From Macrostomum lignano (taxonomy: Eukaryota), in assembly GCA_002269645.1 (NCBI GenBank), contig NIVC01000227.1, positions 372,001 through 436,000 of the forward strand: a stretch of DNA of 64,000 nt, read 5' to 3'. The notes beneath the pieces were generated by a model that did no database searches, was not told the DNA's origin, and saw only the letters and a program-made list of their open reading frames with translations. This document shows, one piece after another, positions 12,822 to 25,109 of this stretch. A program made the translations under genes and the position numbers. Every line of letters begins with the position of its first letter. Position 1 is the stretch's first letter.

Positions 12822-13115
12822 AGTTTTAGCCTAGTGGTCAGAGCGTCGGACTCGGGACTGAAAGGTCGGCGGTTCGATTCTCGACCCAAGGGCCCGGAAC
12901 AATTTGTGTCCTTGAGCAAGACACTTAACTCTGCATTGCTTCAGTTCACTCAGTTGTAAAATGGGTGCCAGCATTAGCTGGGGTAACTGAGGGTGTGTGT
13001 GTGGCGACCCCCCCCCAATCCTTGCACTGAACAGCCGTACGCAGCCTTCAGATGCGCCGCGCAATAGCTGCGGCTGAGCTGTCGGGTGCACATCTGCCCA
13101 TTATGGCAGGTGTAA
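12822..13115 (+). mobile_element. tRNA-derived CORE-type SINE, copy 1
   Basis: A-box TAGCCTAGTGG and B-box GGTTCGATTCTC. Then GTCCTTGAGCAAGACACTTAACTC...CAGTTGTAAAATGGG, which resembles the MIR/CORE domain. A second copy lies at 51971-52214. Confidence 0.75.
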
Positions 13116-14204
13116 TCAGTTATTATTGTACTCTCGTATCATTACACCACAAAACTTTGAATTGAACAAAGATGTCAGCCAAGTTGACGCCAGATGAATA
13201 TTTCTCTGACACGTTTTACAGTATATTACATTATGAAATAATATAAAAACTATCGATCTTAACTTGCCCAACCCTGAGCGAATATCCCGATAGAGAAATT
13301 GCGGCGAGCTTATTATGATTAGCATTAGAGAGGAGAGAGAGACAGAGAGAGACTGGAGGCCTTGGGCGGAAGGGATGGAGCAAATTAATTCCCCTCAATA
13401 AGAGAAGGGGATAGGAAAGAAAGCGGGACCAACGGACCACGAAGGCCTGGCTAGGGACAGGAGTTGTCACGCCAGTAGGGAATGAATCGCTAGGCAAGAG
13501 CGCCATCGCAGAGTGTGAGAGTGAAAGTAAAGAGACGGACTGAAGAGGAGCGACGAGGATGCATAGAAGAGGGATGGCGAGAGAGAGAGAGGAATTAGAA
13601 AGGGGCAGCGGAGAACGATGAAAATTAAGCGAGCTCCCCTCTAGCGCAGGATAACTGACTGACTGACTGACTTGAAGCAAAGAAGAGGCTGTAGAAGCCT
13701 GCAAAGGGGGATAGGCCCAAATAAATGAAGGCTTGCATAGAATTAGCATTAAATTTATTAGCTAATTTTGTTCGGCTCCGATTCTAGCAGATCGAGCTCT
13801 TAACTGCCTACTAAGATGCAAGTCTGCTGATAAAGATATTTGCGCTTCTGTGAGTTGGCTCGTAAATATGTGATCCTAAGGAATAATTCAGTCTAATTAT
13901 GCACGAAGCAGAAACTCAGGATAAGCGTGAGCGGCAGGTGTGCAGTGTGACTATAATTAAGAGATTATAATTCCGATTACCTGAAGATGGCTGGATGATT
14001 TTGGTATAAAAAGCCTGCTATTTTTTATTCGAATCTTTTTATCGATCTACGCTATAAATATCTACTAATAAAGTTTAATTAACTGTGCGTCAAAAACTTA
14101 TTTTCGCATTTCTCTTAGTCTTTTGATTCTAGAGATTTAAAATTGCACATCGCAAACGGCTTAGGTTTTAGATATAACTAGCAGGTAGACCCGCTTCGCG
14201 GGAC

Positions 14205-15345
14205 AAAACAATTTACAACAACCCCTGTTAGAAAATTTGCAGCAACACCCATTAGACAGTTCACAGCCACCCTATAAACAGTTACAAAACAACACCCAAT
14301 AGACAGCTTATTACAACAACACCCGTTAGACAGTTTACAACACCCATTAGACAGTTTACAACACCTATTATACAGTTTATTAACAAGAACACCCATTAGA
14401 CAGTTTACAACAACACCCATTAGACAGTCTACAACAACACCCATTAGACAGTTTACAACAACACCCATTAGATAGTTTGCAACAACACCCATTAGACTAA
14501 TTTGCAACAACACCCATTAGACATTTTACAACAACACCCATTAGACAGTTTGCAACAACACCCATTAGACAGTTTGCAACAACACCCATTAGACTAATTT
14601 GCAACAACACCCATTAGACAATTTGCAACAACACCCATTAGACAATTTGCAACAACACCCATTAGACATTTTACAACAACACCCATTAGACAGTTTGCAA
14701 CAACACCCATTAGACAGTTTGCAACAACACCCATTAGACTAATTTGCAACAACACCCATTAGACAATTTGCAACAACACCCATTAGACATTTTACAACAA
14801 CACCCATTAGACATTTTACAACAACACCCATTAGACAGTTTGCAACAACACCCATTAGACAGTTTACAACACCTATTAGACAGTTTATTAACAAAAACAC
14901 CCGTTAGACAGTTTACAACAACACCTATTAGACACTTTACAACACCTATTATACAGTTTATTAACAAGAACACCCATTAGACAGTTTGCAACAACACCCA
15001 TTAGACAGTTTGCAACAACACCCATTAGACAATTTGCAACAACACCCATTAGACAGTTTGCAACAACACCCATTAGACAGTTTGCAACAACACCCATTAG
15101 ACAGTTTGCAACAACACCCATTAGACAATTTGCAACAACACCCATTAGACAGTTTGCAACAACACCCATTAGACAGTTTGCAACAACACCCATTAGACAG
15201 TTTGCAACAACACCCATTAGACAGTTTGCAACAACACCCATTAGACAGTTTGCAACAAAACCCATTAGACAGTTTGCAACAACACCCATTAGACAATTTG
15301 CAACAACACCCATTAGACAGTTTGCAACAACACCCATTAGACAGT
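14205..15345. repeat. Minisatellite, 24-bp unit GCAACAACACCCATTAGACAGTTT
   Basis: About 45 units. A degenerate block near 14330-14400 recurs near 14900-14975. Confidence 0.95.
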
Positions 15346-15389
15346 TTACAATTGTATAGCTTGCGCATTTTCAGTTTTGCAGTAGTTGG

Positions 15390-16990
15390 CACAAGCTTTA
15401 ACGAAAATATTTGGAGAACTTTCTTTCAGATGACTGCTCTTTTTTTCTCTCCTGGGCTTTGCTACCTCTGGAATCTTTATGTTTGACAATAAATACTATA
15501 GGCAAGTTGATGGCTGTGCCATGGGAAGCCCCTTGGCCCCCACTCTGACGAACGTCTGCTTGGCCCATTGGGAAACCGAAATCTGGTGTCTTTCAACTGT
15601 GCCCCCAAATTCTACAGGCGCTACGTCGACGATACGTTTGCCATCTTTGATCAGGAGCAAAAAATTGATCAGTTCCTCCACGCTCTCAACTCCACTCATA
15701 AGAACATAAAATTCACGGTTGAACATGCTGTTGACCAAAGACTCCCCTTCCTGGAGATTGACATTGACTACAGTAAGGAAACCCTCTCCACAAAAGTCTT
15801 CCGTAAGAAAAGCTTTACCAATCTCATTCTCAACTTCCAAGCCACTTGCCCCAGACAATGGAAAACTGGGCTCGTGAGGTGTTTGCTCCATAGAGCTTTC
15901 ACTACCTGTAACACCTGGATCAACTTTGACCGGGAGGTGCAGTTCCTCACCAGACTGTTCCATCAAAATGACTACCCCGTTTGTCTGGTCCAAAAAATCA
16001 TCAACAAGTTCATCTCGGACAAAATCACCAAACAAAAACCTGAGCAATCTGTTACCACTGAAGAATTTGAACCCATTCTGCGTCTCCCCTTCCTCAGACC
16101 TCCATCTCTAGCCTTTAAAAACAGAATGCGTAGGTTATTCTTTGCCTCTTTCAATCGTAACATCCGGGTCGTCTTCCACACGAACAAGATTGGGAACTTT
16201 GTTAGCAGATTAAAGTCGCGTGTTCCTTGTACTCTGCGTGCAGGTGTTGTCTACCAATTTAACTGCTCTGTGGACCAGAGCGTCTCCTACGTGGGGAAAA
16301 CCAAAAGACACCTACACACGAGGATCAGGGAACACTGGCTCAAACCATCTGCTATACAAACTCACCTCCTTGAATGCACTAACTGCAATGACTGCAAACC
16401 AGAAGAACACTTTAAAGGAAAAACTAAACGACACTTATACACGAGGGTCAGACAGCACTGGCTAAAAAACTCTGCTATTAACGAATACCTGCTAACCTAC
16501 AATTCCTGTTGTGAGGCTGAACCACACGAAATGATAAAGGCTATTGATTTTTGTAATAGAGATCACATGCTCTGCCTATTAGAAGCCCTGTACATTAAGA
16601 CCAAACAGCCCACATTAAATAACCAACTTGCGATAAGTGGGGCTAGCCGTCAACTCAGAATTTTTTAGCTGATTTGTCAATGACTGGACTGGCTTGAAAC
16701 TGATATATGCACTTTACCCAACCAATACTGTATCAAAAAAATTGATTACTATGTATAAGTTTTAAGCCATCAACTAAAAACTCAATTCAACTACTCTTGT
16801 TACTCTCAACTATCTATATATACTGAATATTCGTTCAAATTGTTTCTCAATAAAAAGACCCTGACGATGTCCTAATGCAAATGGACGAAATACATCGGCA
16901 ACTCAAATAAATAATAACTAACTTCATGTTGATATTTACCTTCATTTATCTACTCTTCATCAAGCGAGCCACTTTACCAGAAAATATGTT
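15390..16990 (+). mobile_element. Penelope-like retroelement, 5'-truncated, with RT C-terminal half, GIY-YIG endonuclease and one frameshift near 15595
   Basis: RT motifs FDNKYYRQVDGCAMGSPLAP and FYRRYVDDTF. Thumb LPFLEIDI...KVFRKKSFTNLILNF. GIY-YIG GVVYQFNC...YVGKTKRHLHTRIREH...LLEALYIKTKQPTLNNQ. A hammerhead motif lies in the 3' tail. Ends are approximate. Confidence 0.92.
16857..16900 (+). ncRNA. Minimal type I hammerhead ribozyme motif in the PLE 3' region
   Basis: CC-CTGACGA-T-GTCC(TAATGCAAAT)GGAC-GAAA-TACA-TC-GG. Contains the CUGANGA core, a 4-bp helix II, GAAA, a 1-bp helix III with a 4-nt loop and a UC cleavage site (after 16896). Confidence 0.75.
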
Positions 16991-17483
16991 ATCCCAATTA
17001 GCCTGATATTAGCCTAGTATTATTACAATTAGCCATCAGGTATTCTTTCAATACCAGTAGTATGTTAATAATAATCAGCAAACTATTTTGCTATTCTCAT
17101 TTTTCACAATCTTTGTCCATTTGAAATGCAAAATAATATGTTTTACATGCACTTGAGCAAATTCATTAAATAAAGACATTTTATCCTACCAAAATGCAGA
17201 GTCAAACCAATGATCTTTGCCTGTCCTAATCTAACTTAGCCCTAGTGCCTACAACTAGCAATTTAGTGCCCCCCTTTGGGGTGCCCAGTAAGTAAGGAGT
17301 AAAATTATTTATAAAAAACAATGAAGAAAGCACATTTTCTACTGATTCCTTCTTCAGTTTTAAAAATCACCTTTTTAAGTCATTTTGTCACAGAGAAAGA
17401 TGTTTGCTATAAATTTCTTCTTTTCTTCTAAATTTAACAAAGACAACAAAATAAAGTCTCACAAAGATAACAGACATTCCCCC

Positions 17484-18349
17484 TAGAGCTCGAACGGGAG
17501 CAGAATTTTTGGGATCGGGCGGGATCGGGATTGAAAATAATTTCGGGATCGGGATTTGGGATTAGTATTCGGGATTTGGGAATCCGGGATCTGGGAATAT
17601 ATTACTTACTAACTAATGAATCAAGGATTCAAGGATAGTTTTATCTGACTATCTATGCTATTCAGCCTTGATGGTTGATCTAATAGCTCTAGCCTAATGC
17701 CCTAATAGTCAATACTAATTGTCAATTCTTGATCCAGACCCTTTTTGCAAAGTATAGCTAACTTTCGAGCACCTAAATAAAAAGGAATCAAGAGCCATTG
17801 TAGACTTTTTCTGAAAGTAAGAGTTACAAGGTGGCTAAAAATCGCACGAAAGGCTACTGTTCTGCATTAATGTAATATTGAATTGCGTTAGTTATACTGC
17901 TTTTTCTTGTAAAATTCTGTTTCTGGAATCGCTTCATGAAAAATGTATTAAACATTCGCCGACACTTATTCAGACACTTCTACAGACACTTTAGTTTCTG
18001 TCGTACGAATCGTAGGAACAAGCATTAAATTTGTTTATTCCTAACAAACTATCATTACTCGTTAGTTTGTTATTTACAAGTACAACTCTTTACAAATCTG
18101 TTACTAAGTAAAAATCTGCTGCTTTATTTGGTGAATTCAAGGTCAGACTTTCAACATATTTATAGTTGCTGTTACAAAAATTAGCTTAGTATTGATTACT
18201 GCTCTTGATTGTTGAAAGCACCATCTTCATTATTAATCTATTGTGCTCCCGAATCCCGAGTTCTCTAAGCCTTCGGGATCCCGATCCCGAATTCCCAAAA
18301 AATCTTCGGGATCCCGAGAATTCGAGATTGGGATCCTGTTCGAGCTCTA
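17484..18349. mobile_element. Non-autonomous hAT-type element (MITE)
   Basis: TIR TAGAGCTCGAAC at both ends, GGGATC-rich subterminal repeats and a perfect 8-bp TSD ATTCCCCC (17476-17483 and 18350-18357). Confidence 0.9.
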
Positions 18350-18359
18350 ATTCCCCCTA

Positions 18360-18640
18360 AATAGAAAACATCCCAAGATAGCAAGCATCCCCCCAGATAG
18401 CAAGAATCCCCTTTCAAGAGTAAGGAACTGCAGATAGCAAACATCCCCTAATAGCAAGAATCTACCTAGATAGCAAGCATCTCCCAGATAGCAAGCATTC
18501 CCCAGATAGCAAGCATCCCCCAGATAGCAAGTATCCCCCAGATAGCAAGCATCCCCCAGATAGCAAGCATCCTCCAGATAGCAAGTATCCCCCAGATAGC
18601 AAGCATCCTGCAGATACCAAGCATACCTAGATAAAAAGAA
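18360..18640. repeat. Minisatellite, 18-bp unit CCCAGATAGCAAGCAT(C/T)C
   Basis: Tandem array starting right after the MITE TSD. Confidence 0.9.
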
Positions 18641-20281
18641 TCCCATATTATATATAGATATATTTCTTCCACTAATGCAAAAATTGCTTTCTTGGGTAAT
18701 GCAATAATCCATGTCTTAGCCAATGTAATAATTGTCTTCTCATCTAGTGCAATAATCCTTTACTTATCAAGTGCAAAAATCAATGTCTCAGCTAGTGCAA
18801 TAATCCTTGGCTTACCAAGTGCAATAATCCTTGGCTTATCAAGTTCAATAATCCTTGGTATTATAATTAATTAGTAATTAAATATATATAAAGAAATTCT
18901 CTAGGACAAAATAGGCCTTTTCTCTTCTTTCTGTTTATTTATTTTGCTTCTATATAATTCAATTATTAATTGTATTCCAAAGTTATTAATTTATAAAAAA
19001 CTAATTTTTAAAAGTCTAAAACAGGCCTATCAACTTAGCTTATATACTATACTGCGGATTATGTTAGATTATTGCCAAAAAGTATTTGGCCATCTAATAA
19101 AGTGTACACCAGCACATTATACCAATTAAATGTTCTAGTAAATTGTACACCACTCAAAATTGCATGATTAACAAGCATATAACCAATGCAACAAGCAGTA
19201 GACACAACAAATAATTGCTGCAAAAATGAAACCATCATCATTTGAAAAAATGAAATAATTAGAAAAACAAAATATTTCCATATATTATTAGAAAACCTAA
19301 TTTATTGTCTAATTCTTTAATTAACTTTAGTATATTAAAGGATTGTTTAGTGTTATACATACTAATACCTTTTGCAATAGGCTTATAAAGTGGAGCTCAA
19401 GTAATCTATATACACAAATGATATTTCATTTTATTCATACTCACACTAAGAAGCTAGATTTGGCAAAAAAGTGAGAAAGATAGACCTAGGAATTAGGATA
19501 GGAGAAAACAAGCAAAGGGATAATTAAAGACTCCACTTATGATTATAAGCTTAAGTTTATATAATAGTCCTTACTTGGGCTCTACTTTATAAGCTTAAGT
19601 TGACAGGCCTTTTGCCTATTATATATTTTGTTGGGGCTTTATATTGGCAAGTCATAGGATCCTCACTGAAGTCTTTAGTCTAATCTAGGATCAGGATTGT
19701 ATACCAGTGTATGTTGGAACAAAAATTGCTTCCTTACCTCATGTATGCCAATGAACTTTTATAGCATACAAAAATACAATGCTTAGTAAATTTAGCATTT
19801 AGCATTTTGTAAATTACTAAATGCTTAGTAAATTTTTTACTAGGCCCATACTAATTATTTTTGTTTTACTTTTGAATTAGAAAAGTTAAATATGATTTTT
19901 TAATTTAATTTTTTATTAATTTTTGGAAGGGCCAGGAGCTATTCTTTTTGATAAAAATTTAACTAAGCTTAATTTAATTATATACATGCAGACTATGCCA
20001 AATTTGAACTTAATCATTTTTATGCTAACTTTGTACTTGTATATTGTTTGGGACTCGGAAATTTGGTTCTTACTTGCTATCTCAGCAATCTTTTTATGCC
20101 AAGCTATAAATTAAGGGGTATACAAGGCCTCCCTATATGCCAATTTGTATGCTAATAGTGTATACCAGATCTCTTTGTACACTAGAAAATTCTGGCATAT
20201 ATGTATACTTATCCAGAGTCTAGAGTCTAATAAGATTTTTGCTAGGCCTAAACAATTTTCATGTCAATATAAGCTAGGCCT

Positions 20282-20690
20282 ATAGAGGTCAAACAGGATC
20301 CCAATCCCTCTAAGGATTCTAAAGAAAATTGGATTCCTATGGGATCAGGATCCCAACCCTAAAAAAAGGAATTGGGAATAGTTGTTTGATTTAAAATTTG
20401 TGGAATTGATGATGGCCTCAATGCATTTTGTTTTAATTGTACTCATTACATTGTTATCAGTTATCAGTAACAACTTTAATAGCTAGGCCCTAATATTTTT
20501 CATTTATGTTATATTGTATATATTTTCTTAATTCTCTATATTTCTATATGAACATAGGCCTAGAAATATACAAACTATAGTATATTTTAAAGACCTGATC
20601 CTGATTCTTGGATCCCAATCCCAATCCCAAGAAAAAAAATTATTCCAGATCCTAATCTCACCTGATGATTTCAATCTTGTCCAACCTATA
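20282..20690. mobile_element. Decayed relative of the 17484-18349 hAT MITE, in the opposite orientation
   Basis: TAGAGGTCAAACAGGATCCCAATC matches the reverse complement of the young copy's right end (TAGAGCTCGAACAGGATCCCAATC). CCCAATCCCAATCCC...AAATTATT near 20620-20645 resembles the other end. CpGs are lost. Confidence 0.6.
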
Positions 20691-22443
20691 ATAAGCTAAT
20701 ATCAATTTTTCTTGCATAGGCCCTAAACTAAAAAATTAGAATTTTTTTTTCAACTGAATAATAAATAGTTGAACAGTTTTTCTTAAATTTGCTAAAATTA
20801 AAAATGATTGAAAAAGGTCAATTATGGTTTCAAAAAATAGCCTCCTTATTAGGGCCTACAGTATGGTTAGGAGTACCTAGTAAAACGCAGAATCTATAAT
20901 AGATTTGTATAATAAAATGGAATAGTATATGGAATAGTATATAATATAGTGCATATGGAATGGAATAATACAGTTTGAGGCAGTGTAATATATCTGCTTT
21001 ACAGTATGAAATATGACTTAATTTTTAGCTTACACGAACAATTGCTTTCTTAGAAATTACCACATTCAAATTTCCGCCAAATAGTAATATTTTTGTTTTA
21101 ACGTTGTGTGCGCAAATAATATTGTAGAAAATCAAAGTTTTTTTTAAATATATATATACGAAATGATATAAATAGGAGCCCAGATGGGGCCCAGAAGAGC
21201 AACTTGCGCGCTTCATTCGCTTGCTCGAATAATATTGAAGCAATAAGTTCATTCAATAAGAAATCTTTAAGCATTCTTATTTGGATTGTTCATTTTTATA
21301 AGTATTACCCCCGAATTGGGAGAAGATCGCTAACAGCGAAAGATCGCCTCAGGGCAGTAATAATAAATTCGCCTCAGGGCAGGAGAACCGCCTCAGAGCA
21401 AAGGAAAGATCGCCTCAGGGCAGGGAAAACGCATAGAGCTGTGACCCTCTGATCCCGGGAACACCAGGACTAGGAGAATAATATTTTAAAAAGGGAATAT
21501 AGGAATAGAATAGACAGTGCCAATAGACCACTTAGGCCAGAAAGTACAATAAAAGTACATACGCTACCAATAGAAGTACAGACGCTACCAATAGAAGTAC
21601 ATGCGCTACAAGTAAAAGGCAAGTAATAACCAGCAATATTAACATGAAGGAATAACCCCAACAGCTTGGTGGCAGCAAGTAGGCCTAAGGCTAAACAAAG
21701 GAATAAATAAGAGCCCTGGGACAGCTTTTGGTGGCATTTAGTGGGATTCTCATAGGGAGCCAAAAGGCCTGTTACAAGTTAAATGCAGAATTTGCAGTGG
21801 AATGATAATGCAAAATCTAGGCCTACTAACTTGAAGTAAAATGCAAAATATAAGAATCAAAAAATGAAATATTAAATATATATCTTTGCCTATAGCAATG
21901 TAACTGTATAAAAAAATAGGGGACCTATATAAAGAAATTTTAATATGATTCTATATTGAGGCAAACTGAACTAGATATAGCAGCATCTATTGAGTATTGG
22001 ACTTTACACAAAGTAGTAATATAGGTTCTCTCATGAATAATATGGCTGATGAGTGTTGAAAATTATTATCATAATTCTCTCTCTAGTAGTTTGTAAGTTC
22101 GGTAAAATTTTGAAAGCTTTATTGTTATAAGATTATATAGGCCTAATATATCATAATGCACTTCAACTACTTTGCATTTGCATTTTAGTTAAAGTTACTG
22201 GATTCTGTTGCTCATTCTGCATTTTACCATTCCACTGCAGATTCAGCACTTTACTGAGCTATTCCACTCCAATTCCGCTACGGATTCTAAATTTTACCAG
22301 GTGCCATAGGCCCTAGTTAGGTCTACTAGACAATCATTTTAAGTCTATATTATATAAAGTATATCTATTAGAATGCTTATACATTATTACATACATGTAG
22401 ATTGTAGAAAAAATGACTAGGCCTAGGCCAGGGGGCCTATATC

Positions 22444-23702
22444 CAGTGTTGGGCACTTCCGTTACCGAGTAACTTGTAAATGGTAACGCAAGTTACTTTT
22501 TCGTAAAGCGTTCCTTACGCAAGTTACTTTCCTATTTTGGTAACGGAGTAACGGTAAGTTACTCAAATTTCGGAAGTCCGTTACAGTTACTTTGCAACAA
22601 TCGCAATATTTAAATTTAAAACTGATATGCTTAGCTATTACTCCAGTTGTCACATTTTTAGCATTTTTCATTCCTAAATTCAAAACTAAGTGAATAATAT
22701 CATACGGTATTACGCTGTAATTAATAAAGAAATACTTGAAACATGTTTTTACTTTGTTATTTTCGGTAAAATATTTTTGCTTTTCGTTTTTAAGTTAATA
22801 AAAATATTTTGTTTAGTTCTTAGAAACAAACAACCAAAGAAAGAAATTCATCTGTAGTCTCCACAAATCCACTCAGTGATCGACGTAGCCAGGAATTTTA
22901 ATTGGGGGGGGGGGCGGGTTGGCCTGGCTGGCCATGCCTCATGCCATTGCCACTTTTAGCGCCGCAGGCACTCATTTTAGCGCCGCAAGCACTCATTTAA
23001 GCGCCGCAGGCACTCATTTAAGCGCCGCAGGCACTCAATCGCCTCATGGTTTTTGGTACCCGCCACGCCCAACCCCACCCCCCCCCCAGGTGGGGTGTCT
23101 TGCAGGTGGGGTGAAGTTGCCGCCCCAACGATTGTTAAGGCGGCCTCCCTGGCTACACCACTAAAGTCCACTGGCACTGCACTGCACTGCACAATAATTT
23201 AATATTAATGATAATAATTGAAAATAAATAAAAAGACTAGTAAAGCAGACTGTAGAGTGGAGTAAAGCCAGGTACTTATTACGAGCGATGTATTATCAAG
23301 GACAACTGAAGTTACGTTAAGTTGTCCTTGTGTATTATAACTTATAATGTTATTAAAAATTAAATTGCGTTTTGCCTTTAACGTTTCTGACCTTCAGCTT
23401 CTCTTCTTTTTACGGAAAGGGCCTAAAGTGATTAAAATTTAATACAGTTACTGAAATTAATGTTGTTGTATTCTTCCTCCTGGCTTTCGCGATCATTTGT
23501 GCTGTTCCATCACATTTGCAATGTTAAAAAAGCAGAAAATTTTGTTAATAACATAGGTAACGGAAGTAAGTAACGGAAGTAACTTAAAAGTTACCGGGTT
23601 TTTGTTCAAAGTTACTAGGCTAACGTAAGTTACTTTTTAAAAAGTGGTAGCTTAAGTTACAGTAACGCAAGTTACTTTTTTTGAGTAACTTGCCCAACAC
23701 TG
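22444..23702. mobile_element. Non-autonomous hAT-type element
   Basis: TIR CAGTGTTGGGCA at both ends, GTAAC/GTTAC subterminal repeats and a perfect 8-bp TSD CCTATATC. Confidence 0.9.
22874..23163. mobile_element. Nested small TIR element (...GTAGCCAGG ends) carrying 21-bp GCACTCATTT(T/A)AGCGCCGCAG repeats
   Basis: Left end CAGTGATCGACGTAGCCAGG, right end CCTGGCTACACCACTA. The flanks (AATCCACT / AGTCCACT) are only an imperfect TSD. Confidence 0.55.
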
Positions 23703-25109
23703 CCTATATCATTATAGCACTAGCACCAACAAACACCAATGTAAGGTTGTGCTGCCAAGCCAAAGGCAAAGCTAATTTAATTATACAATTACAAACTATC
23801 CAAATAGGTAGGCTTATTAATTAGGAAGTTGTGTGTTTATTTGATTGAATACTACCGGATTATATTAATAACTGCCGAAGTGAAGTGAAAAGTAGTAGTA
23901 AGTCCACTTGCCTTGATCATCACATTACGAAATTAGAATACGAAAACCTCTGTGAATGTTTTGAAAGTTTTATCTTTTTCTTAGAAAGAGTTATTTCGTT
24001 GCTTACGGGATGGAATGTAATAATTATAAAAGCTACAAAAATTGTAGCTTTCTTTAAATCTTTAAAAAACTAACTTTTTACGTTTGAACCAACGGTACCA
24101 CATTTTTTTCTAAAACAGGCCAGCTCCCAGTGGCAATGGAGGCAGGAGCAGGAGGGGGGCTATAGCCTCCTGTTGACCACCCTCCCACCCCTTGGGCCGG
24201 GGGTGAACCGTACCCTCCTATTCCTCTGAGGCCCTGAGGGTGACCACCATATTTTTCTAGTACATGCGTTTTAAAGATTTTAGCATGATGTGTTGCTCTA
24301 TAATTCTAAAAATTTGCTAATGGGGAAAGGGCGACGACACGCTACTATCTGACACCCTGACTTTACTTCTGAAGGTCGCATACTTTGTTGTCGCTTGTTT
24401 CCAGCTTAGTTAACAGACTAACACCACAGACGATTAAACTGCAGACCCACCTGCACATGTTTGAAGTTTATTTTCTCATCATTTTATTACTTGCATGTAC
24501 AATGTACATCTGTACATTACTTATAGTTCGCTATATCTACTCGAAACGGCAATTGCCAAAGCACAGTGCAGCATAATTGAAAGGATGGGAAATATCACAG
24601 TTACACGTTTCATTCATCCGACGTTTTAAAAGTGAAGAAAATGCTGTGAGATAGAAAGTATGGAAAAGATATCGCGGGAACAATGAAGATTATTGGGGCA
24701 ATAATAGTAACGAATTAACAACATGTTAAAATCCTTTCTGAAAGAGAACTGGACAAATCAAACAAAATCTAACACTTTTCTAAAAAAAGGTTTAACTTTT
24801 GTCGAAACGGTAAAAATTTACGAAGCACTTAGATCAATAATTGTCTACTCCAAATGGCAATCAGTGCAGCTCACAGAAAGGTTTTTTTACTCAACGTAAA
24901 CTTTGCACTCAAAATGCAGGCACTTATTTTGGCGCCGCAGGCACTCATTTTGGCGCCGCAGGCGCTATATTTTGGCGCCCTGACGAATAATGATTGATTA
25001 CCACAACGGGTCACAAGCTGGGATAGGGGCCCCTACAACTTTTAATGGGGGGGGGGACATGTGCCCCTGTCCCCCCGGGTGGCTACGCGCCTGCGTATAC
25101 CTATACCTT

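Noticed and set aside
12822-12895. Possible tRNA gene (also 11715-11786 on the minus strand)
   Set aside because: Pol III boxes are present, but I found no convincing cloverleaf or terminator and the sequence continues into a SINE body.
14734-15486. ORFs such as (MGVVANCL)n, (GCCCKLSN)n and (QQHPLDSL)n
   Set aside because: A 24-bp unit keeps several frames open on both strands, so these are repeat artefacts.
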